The translations under genes were made by a program, and so were the position numbers. This document shows, in pieces, positions 57,844-64,000 of a stretch of 64,000 bases of DNA; position 1 is the first letter of the stretch; each line of letters opens with the position of its first letter. The stretch lies in assembly GCA_965217775.1 (NCBI GenBank), contig CBDCJH010000002.1, forward strand, positions 5,472,001-5,536,000. Direction: 5' to 3'. This DNA is from Acidobacteriota bacterium (GTDB lineage Bacteria > Acidobacteriota > UBA6911 > RPQK01 > JAJDTT01). The notes beneath the pieces are model-generated. The model did not search any database. It was given only the letters and a program-made list of their open reading frames with translations, and was not told where the DNA came from.

Positions 57844-60336
57844 GTGGAGCAAAAAGAAAGTGAGAATTCCAATTTGACTTTAGGTGCTTTCCGCGCAGCG
57901 GCTCTTCTCGTCCTGATTTGCCTTTGGCATTCTCCCGTCTTCGGAGAGGACCGCGCCCGGCTCCTGAGGGAGCGCAGCGTCCAGGTCTTGCGTCAAGCGC
58001 TGGAAGACGAGACGGGATGGGTCCGCACTCGTGCCGCCGAAGCCCTGCTCTGGAACAACTACAGCGAAGGTGTGAAGGAGTTCTTCTCCACTGAGCAACC
58101 GGAATCCGCTTCGACTCATGAAATCGGCGTCTGGCAGATCCTGGCGCAGGCGACGCTCCGGAAGAGCCAACATGAGCTGGAGCGGCAGCAATACGTGGAC
58201 CGGATCTTCGAGGCCTTCCTGTCGAGTGAAGACGAACGAGGTGGCTGGGCCGCGGAGGCCTTGGCCAATCTGGGCTATGCAGACCGGCCGGCGGAGTTGC
58301 TGCGGCTGGCTACTGAGGGTGACGGCGTCCGCCAAGTAGACGCCCTCTGGCTGCTGTCCGCTTCCGGAACGGGCGAGTATCAAACCGAGTTGGCCTCCCG
58401 GCTGGAGTCCGGGGACCCGGCCGTCCGCGCTCGAACCGCCTACGCGCTCCGCCACCTGGAGAGCATCGATCCCGAGGACCGTGCCGGATTGGAGCGGGCT
58501 CTGTTCAGGGAAGCTGCCGATTCAAGCGTCCGGATCTACCTGCTGAGTGCGCTCTACGTGCACCGCGGTGAGGAAGTCGGTCCCCCGGTCCAGTTCGAAC
58601 TATTTTCCTACGTCACAGACGGGGACCGGGAACAACGGTTGGAAGCGGTCGAGGCCCTGGCTCAGGCCGGAGGCAGGGCTCAGGTCCCGCTGTTGGAGGC
58701 GCTCCTGGTCCGCCAGGGGACCGCACCCGAGATCCATGTCGCCGCCGCCAATGCGCTGCTCAGGATCGACCGGAGGGACTTCCGGGGCCTGGGGTGGTTG
58801 GACTGGCTCGTGGTCGCCGTCTACGGCGCCTTCATGCTGGGCGTGGGTTGGTACTACTCTCGCCGCCAGACCAACACCGAGGAGTATTTCCTGGGCAGCC
58901 GCAGCCTGGGTTCGTTCGTCATCGGGATTTCGCTCTACGCCACGCTGCTGAGCACGATTTCCTATCTGGCGGTTCCCGGGGAGCTGGTCAAGCATGGGCC
59001 GGGCATCCTGGTCTGGGGACTGTTGGGGACACCGCTGATCGTCGTCTGTTGCGGTTTCTTCCTCATACCCGTTTTCATGAAGCTCCCCATCACCAGCGCC
59101 TACGAGCTTCTGGAGGGCCGTCTGGGAATCGGGGTCCGGCTGACGGCGGCGGTGATCTTCATCCTGACGCGCCTGGTCTGGATGGCTCTGCTCATCTATC
59201 TGGCGGCCAAGGCCGTAGTGGTCATGGTGGGTTGGCCCGAGTCGACGACGCCGACGGTGGTGATGGTGGCCGGGGCGGTCGCGGTGCTCTACACCGCCCT
59301 CGGGGGTCTGCGGGCCGTCGTGATCACGGACGTCATTCAGTTCGTCATCCTCTTTGCCGGAGGCCTGATCACGATGGCGATGGTCACCATGGACATCGGT
59401 CTCGGGGGTTGGATCCCGACTTCCTGGGCGCCCCATTGGGACCAAGTCCCGGTTTTCGACTGGAACCCGGCCGTCCGAGTGACGGTGATCGGATCGATCC
59501 TCTCCGGGGCGGTGTGGACCATCTTCACCTACGGATCGGATCAGGTGGCCATTCAGCGTTACCTGGCGACGCGGGACACCAAGGCCGCCCGGCGCGCCCT
59601 GTACATCAACATCGGAGCCGGCGTCGCCGTCTCCGTGCTGCTCGCGGGGCTGGGCTTCTCGGTCCTGGGTTTCTTCCAGACCCATCCCCACGCCATCGCC
59701 GACGGCAAGGACCTGCTGGCGGACGCCGATTTTCTGTTTCCCCACTTCATCGCCAACTATCTGCCGCACGGGCTGGCCGGCCTGGTCATCGCGGCCATGT
59801 TCGCCGCCGCCATGTCGAGCCTCGACTCGGGCATCAATTCCATCGTGACCGTGTTCCACGTCGATTTCCTGGGCCGTTTCCGCCGCCGGAAACTGCGGAA
59901 GGAACACAGCATCAAACTGGCCCGGGCGCTGGTGCTGGGCATCGGCATCGCCGTGGTTCTGCTCAGTGCGCCGGTGGGCAACGTCCCCGGCAACATCACC
60001 GAGGTGACCAACAAGACCAACGGGCTATTCGTCGCTCCCCTGTTCGGGCTCTTCTTCATGTGCCTCTTCGTGCCGTTCTCGACGCCGTTCGGAGCGATCG
60101 TGGGGGCCGTCTACGGTTTTTCCTTTGCCTTCCTGTGGGCTTTCTGGGACATCTTGACCGGCGGCCCGAGTCTCAGCTTTCAATGGATCTATCTGCTTCC
60201 ATTCCTGGTCCACGTGCTGGTGGGTTCGGCCGCGAGTCTGTTGCCAATGCAAGGCCGATCCTGGCGGTTCCTCCTTCTTTGCAGCCTCGCCGCCGGGGTT
60301 CCCATAGCGGTCGTCTTCCTGCTGCTGAGTTCGTGA
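57844..60336 (+). CDS. HEAT-repeat domain fused to an SSS symporter
   Basis: Signal peptide, VR..AAEAL / VRARTAYAL / AAANALL repeats, then a full SSS (TISYLAVPGE, SAYELLEGRLG, DQVAIQRY, AAAMSSLDSG). Confidence 0.9.
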   Translation: MEQKESENSNLTLGAFRAAALLVLICLWHSPVFGEDRARLLRERSVQVLRQALEDETGWVRTRAAEALLWNNYSEGVKEFFSTEQPESASTHEIGVWQILAQATLRKSQHELERQQYVDRIFEAFLSSEDERGGWAAEALANLGYADRPAELLRLATEGDGVRQVDALWLLSASGTGEYQTELASRLESGDPAVRARTAYALRHLESIDPEDRAGLERALFREAADSSVRIYLLSALYVHRGEEVGPPVQFELFSYVTDGDREQRLEAVEALAQAGGRAQVPLLEALLVRQGTAPEIHVAAANALLRIDRRDFRGLGWLDWLVVAVYGAFMLGVGWYYSRRQTNTEEYFLGSRSLGSFVIGISLYATLLSTISYLAVPGELVKHGPGILVWGLLGTPLIVVCCGFFLIPVFMKLPITSAYELLEGRLGIGVRLTAAVIFILTRLVWMALLIYLAAKAVVVMVGWPESTTPTVVMVAGAVAVLYTALGGLRAVVITDVIQFVILFAGGLITMAMVTMDIGLGGWIPTSWAPHWDQVPVFDWNPAVRVTVIGSILSGAVWTIFTYGSDQVAIQRYLATRDTKAARRALYINIGAGVAVSVLLAGLGFSVLGFFQTHPHAIADGKDLLADADFLFPHFIANYLPHGLAGLVIAAMFAAAMSSLDSGINSIVTVFHVDFLGRFRRRKLRKEHSIKLARALVLGIGIAVVLLSAPVGNVPGNITEVTNKTNGLFVAPLFGLFFMCLFVPFSTPFGAIVGAVYGFSFAFLWAFWDILTGGPSLSFQWIYLLPFLVHVLVGSAASLLPMQGRSWRFLLLCSLAAGVPIAVVFLLLSS

Positions 60337-60339
60337 CCT

Positions 60340-60398
60340 GGAGCGGCGGCTTTCTTGCCGCCGTAAGGGAACTTCGGATTTCCAGCCGCCGAGCTCCC
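60340..60398 (+). repeat. GGAG-type REP-like hairpins, one degenerate
   Basis: GGAGCGGCGGCTTTCTTGCCGCCG and ...GATTTCCAGCCGCCGAGCTCC. Confidence 0.65.
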
Positions 60399-60472
60399 AA
60401 GTGGGCAATGGGGCAGGAGAGCATCCGGGGAATGGGGGAGTGGGCGACTGGTGAGTCGCCCCTCCGGCGCCC

Positions 60473-63244
60473 CTACTTGGAGTTCAGCTCGATGCTCACC
60501 CGGTCCAGGATCGGGTAGCTGTCTCCATTGCCGGACTCGAAAACGGCCTGGTACTGCAGGACGCGGTCGCTGCTCTCCAGGGGAAAACGGTCCCCGTTCA
60601 CTTGGCGCCAGGGTTTTTGCTCCAGTCCGGACGGTATGGCGCCCGAACGGATGCGGAAGCTCAGCCGGCTGTGGGTGGACGTTTCCGCCTTGGCCTGCAG
60701 CCGGCCGCCGCTGCGGGCACCGTCCCAGTGAAACAGGGAGGAATCGTAGGTCTGGCGCCAGCTCCGATCGTAGATGTGCCCGACGTCGGCCAGATAGATG
60801 GTGTGTCCCCCCAGGGTGGGAAGCCCCACCGTCCTGGGGGCGGTAAAGCGCTTTCCATCGTTGTAGAACACCTTCGAGTCAATGCGGTGGTCCCCGTGGC
60901 GGGTATGGCAGACGACCGCCAGGTCGAGAAGACCGTCCTGATCGAAATCTCCCGCCATGGCGTCGCTGGCGCTGTCGCATACGAGCCGGGTCTTGTTCTC
61001 GGGGCGCAGGCCGTCCCGGCTTCCCCAGAACAGGTAGGAGGGCATGGACTCCCGGACGCCGGTTCCGTGATAGGAGGGGGCGAACAGGTCCAGGAAGCCG
61101 TCCCGGTCGAAGTCGGCCACCAACGGGGCCAATTGCCCCATGCCGGGCAGCCACTGGGTGTTCCAGGGAGTGAAGCCCTCTACCGATCCCCAGAAGACGA
61201 AGAGTCCGACGTCGAAGGTACGGGTGGTGGGATCGGCGTAGCCGCCCACGATCAAATCCAGGTGTCCATCGGCGTTGAGGTCGGCCGTTTCCTGGTTGGC
61301 CGCCCAGGGCACGTATCCTATGGGTTCCAGTTCGCGGCCCGGTCCCTCCGGGCCGCCCCAGAGGATCCCCACCGCTCCGTTCGGCGAGCTACCGGACAGG
61401 TCCAACCAGCCGTCCCGGTTGAAGTCGGCCACGGTCAGCACCGAGGGTAGAACCAGGCGCCGGCTCCGGTGGAACCCAGTCTCCGATCCGTAGTAAAGGA
61501 CGGTTTGGGCCGGATCGAAACCGTTCAGGATCAGGTCCAGGTAACCATCGCGGTCCAAGTCGGCGACGTTGCCGGAAGAGAGGTGATTCTCCGAGAGGAT
61601 GGTTCGGTGTCCGTCCAGGTCGAACCCCCGGGACGTGCCCCAGAGAATGTGGGCTCCCACGTCGGGGTCCGCCTGCCCGCCGTGCCCGGAGTTCATGGCC
61701 ACCAGATCGGTGATGCCGTCGGCGTTCAGGTCGGCACCGACGGCGCCGTAGCCGCCGCTGAAGGGGATGACCCAGCGATGGTCCGGGTCGAAGCCCTCCT
61801 TGCCGCCCCAGTAGACGTAGAGGGGAACCCTCTCGTTCAGAGTGCCGCCCTGGCTGTTGCAGACGACGACCCGGGCCGGCAAGTCTTCCTCCGCCGGGGC
61901 CACCAGCACGTCTGCGGCTCCGGAGGAGGGGATACCGCGGCTTGCCCGACGGAAGGAGCGGTCACCGTGTCCGAAAAAGACGGCGGACTCCGCGGCGAAG
62001 TTTGACGTCCCCTGGTAGACGGCCGCCACCAGATCGGACCTCCCATCGCCGTCCAGATCGCCGATAGCCGAGGCCGAAGGGTGATCTACCTCTAGATTGA
62101 GCGAGTGCGCGGAATCGTACTTTCCCGCCTCCCCCCAGAGGATGCGGATCCCTCCTGGACGGTCGGCGGCACCCCGCTCGCCGCCCGAAGCATGCCGGAT
62201 CCCGAACTCCGTCAACGCCAGGTCGGCGTGTCCATCGCCGTCCAGATCGCCGATGGAGATGTGGGAAGCCGGCGCGGCTTGCCCCCGGACCGGATGGCTC
62301 CAGTTTCGGTGGGCGCCGGCGTTGACGGTGAAGAGGATCTCGTGGGAGGTTCCCGCCACCAGGTCGGTGAGTCCGTCCCCATCGATATCCCCGGCCGCCA
62401 AGCAGCCGGCCGCCGGGCCAGAGAGAGGGATGCGAGTGGAGTTCAGGCCCACGGGCACGGTGGACGGCTCAGAAGACGCCCAGAAGATCCGGATCTCGTT
62501 TTCGGCGGTCAGCACCGCGATGTCCCGGGTTCCGTCAGCGTCGAAGTCGGCCGCCTTCATGTCGACCGACATGGGGAGTTCCTGGATTTGACGCCGGCCC
62601 AGATAAAAACCCAGTCGACCGCCCCAGAACACCTTCATCACCATGCTCTCGACCGGTTTCCCGCCCGGCTGCCTCCGGGGCGCCTGGGCCAGGACCACGA
62701 TGTCGGGCCACCCGTCGCGGTTCAGATCGGCGATGGCCACGGCTCGCGGGTCCCACGCCGGCAGGACGCCGCTGATCCGGTTGGAGCTCCAGCCTTCCGC
62801 GGCCCCCCAGGCGATGGAGATGAATCTACGGGGGTGTTGAATGCCGTCGGGGTTGGGACAGAAGACCAGGTCGGTGAAACCGTCCCGGTTCAGGTCTCCC
62901 GCAACCGCCCCGAGACTCCCCAGAACCGCCAGCGAAGAGTGGGTGAGCGTCCGGGCGGCGTCGAAGCCGGCCCAGGTCGCATCGACGTAGGTGATGCTGT
63001 CATGCGTATTGTTGAAGATCAGATCCAGGTAGCCGTCCTGATTCAGATCGAAGCGATGGACGGTGCGCACGGTTCCGTTGCGAGACACGTAGAGGTTCTG
63101 GCCGGAAGCGTCCAGCCGCCCGTCGGCAAAGTCCTCGAAGCTGTCTTCGTTCCAGCTCTGGGCCCTCGTCGCAGGGAAACCCGCGCCCAACCAGAGGGCC
63201 AGTAGAAAGAAGATCAGGGAAGTCCTGTGACCTGAAATCGGCAT
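60473..63244 (-). CDS. Large secreted FG-GAP/VCBS repeat protein
   Basis: Signal peptide; more than ten DLN.DG..DL / D(F/L)D.DG repeats with WG motifs; GGAG RBS. Confidence 0.87.
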   Translation of the reverse strand: MPISGHRTSLIFFLLALWLGAGFPATRAQSWNEDSFEDFADGRLDASGQNLYVSRNGTVRTVHRFDLNQDGYLDLIFNNTHDSITYVDATWAGFDAARTLTHSSLAVLGSLGAVAGDLNRDGFTDLVFCPNPDGIQHPRRFISIAWGAAEGWSSNRISGVLPAWDPRAVAIADLNRDGWPDIVVLAQAPRRQPGGKPVESMVMKVFWGGRLGFYLGRRQIQELPMSVDMKAADFDADGTRDIAVLTAENEIRIFWASSEPSTVPVGLNSTRIPLSGPAAGCLAAGDIDGDGLTDLVAGTSHEILFTVNAGAHRNWSHPVRGQAAPASHISIGDLDGDGHADLALTEFGIRHASGGERGAADRPGGIRILWGEAGKYDSAHSLNLEVDHPSASAIGDLDGDGRSDLVAAVYQGTSNFAAESAVFFGHGDRSFRRASRGIPSSGAADVLVAPAEEDLPARVVVCNSQGGTLNERVPLYVYWGGKEGFDPDHRWVIPFSGGYGAVGADLNADGITDLVAMNSGHGGQADPDVGAHILWGTSRGFDLDGHRTILSENHLSSGNVADLDRDGYLDLILNGFDPAQTVLYYGSETGFHRSRRLVLPSVLTVADFNRDGWLDLSGSSPNGAVGILWGGPEGPGRELEPIGYVPWAANQETADLNADGHLDLIVGGYADPTTRTFDVGLFVFWGSVEGFTPWNTQWLPGMGQLAPLVADFDRDGFLDLFAPSYHGTGVRESMPSYLFWGSRDGLRPENKTRLVCDSASDAMAGDFDQDGLLDLAVVCHTRHGDHRIDSKVFYNDGKRFTAPRTVGLPTLGGHTIYLADVGHIYDRSWRQTYDSSLFHWDGARSGGRLQAKAETSTHSRLSFRIRSGAIPSGLEQKPWRQVNGDRFPLESSDRVLQYQAVFESGNGDSYPILDRVSIELNSK

Positions 63245-63376
63245 TGTCAATCTCCTATCCCCAGTCGGATCCGGTTCGCGCGGAAGATTTCGCCTCGACG
63301 GACGAGGGCGCAGTGCCCTTCCGCCGGGCCTCGACCGAGGGGAACAACCCGCCGGGGAGCCAAGGTCCGGCAGTCC

Positions 63377-64000
63377 CTACTCCGGGAGGGGCAGCTTGCT
63401 CATCATTCCGCCGTCGACGTTGATGGCGGTCCCCGTGACGTATGCGGAGAGAGGGGAGGCCAGAAACAGGGCCACGTTGGCGATGTCCTCCGGCAGGCCC
63501 ACCCGCCCCAGGGGAAGGGAGGCCACCAGCCTCTCCATGTAGGCGTCCCGGTCCGCCGTGCTGGTGAAGGATCGGTCCAGCATGGGGGTCTGGATGCAAC
63601 CGGGACAGATGGTGTTGACCCGGATGTTGTACTGGCCCAGGTCTCGGGCCATGTCCCGCGTCATGGCCAGGATGCCCCCCTTGGCGGCGGCGTAGGGTGC
63701 GATCCGTCCGGTCGTGGCCAGGGCCTGTACCGAGGCGGTGTTGACGATGCTGCCGCCCCCGTTCCGGATCATGGAGGGAATGGCCCTCCGGCTGCAGAAG
63801 AACACACTCTTCAGGTTGACGGCGATCTGGCGGTCGAACTCCTGGTCCGTAAACTCCAGGAATTCCTGGTAGTGCTCGATGCCGGCGACGTTCACCAGGA
63901 CGTCGACGGTCCCGAAGTCGGCCAGGATCTTTTCGAAAGCGGCATCGGTGCTGCTGGCGTCGCCGACGTCGGCCTGCACCGCCAGCGCTACTCCACCGCT
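63377..64000 (-). CDS. Short-chain dehydrogenase/reductase (SDR), 5'-truncated by the window edge
   Basis: VLVNVAG, YAAAK, IRVNTICPG, VDGG. Confidence 0.9.
   Translation of the reverse strand, partial: SGGVALAVQADVGDASSTDAAFEKILADFGTVDVLVNVAGIEHYQEFLEFTDQEFDRQIAVNLKSVFFCSRRAIPSMIRNGGGSIVNTASVQALATTGRIAPYAAAKGGILAMTRDMARDLGQYNIRVNTICPGCIQTPMLDRSFTSTADRDAYMERLVASLPLGRVGLPEDIANVALFLASPLSAYVTGTAINVDGGMMSKLPLPE

Overview
A GC-rich bacterial window, probably Acidobacteriota-like; this is inferred from an Oar-type TonB receptor, an ASPIC/UnbV protein and many FG-GAP and BNR propellers. Most of it encodes secreted or lipoprotein scavenging functions: three TonB-dependent receptors, two SSS symporters (one fused to a HEAT-repeat domain) plus an SSS pseudogene, seven BNR/sialidase-like propellers (three of them a tandem triplication), three GHL10-like TIM-barrel lipoproteins, two GH32/43-like propellers, a GH38-like enzyme with altered metal ligands, GGT, CocE, TauD and several oxidoreductases. 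A housekeeping block (thiI, hypothetical gene, CCA enzyme, FGE-fold lipoprotein, tRNA-fMet) lies at 26.6-30.8 kb. At 19.2-23.5 kb there is a decaying defence/TA island. In it, a type I R-M operon appears reduced by internal deletions to gene ends (hsdM, a probable MNT/hsdS start, hsdR), while its HEPN and DUF1828/1829 cargo stay intact. The island also holds DUF2442-DUF4160, a DUF4143 ATPase with tandem palindromic operators, and a dead FitA/VapC pair. Intergenic DNA carries two REP-like hairpin families and a 158-bp TTAA-flanked fold-back MITE. No CRISPR array, integrase, transposase or rRNA gene was seen. All family calls come from motif recognition by eye, not database searches.
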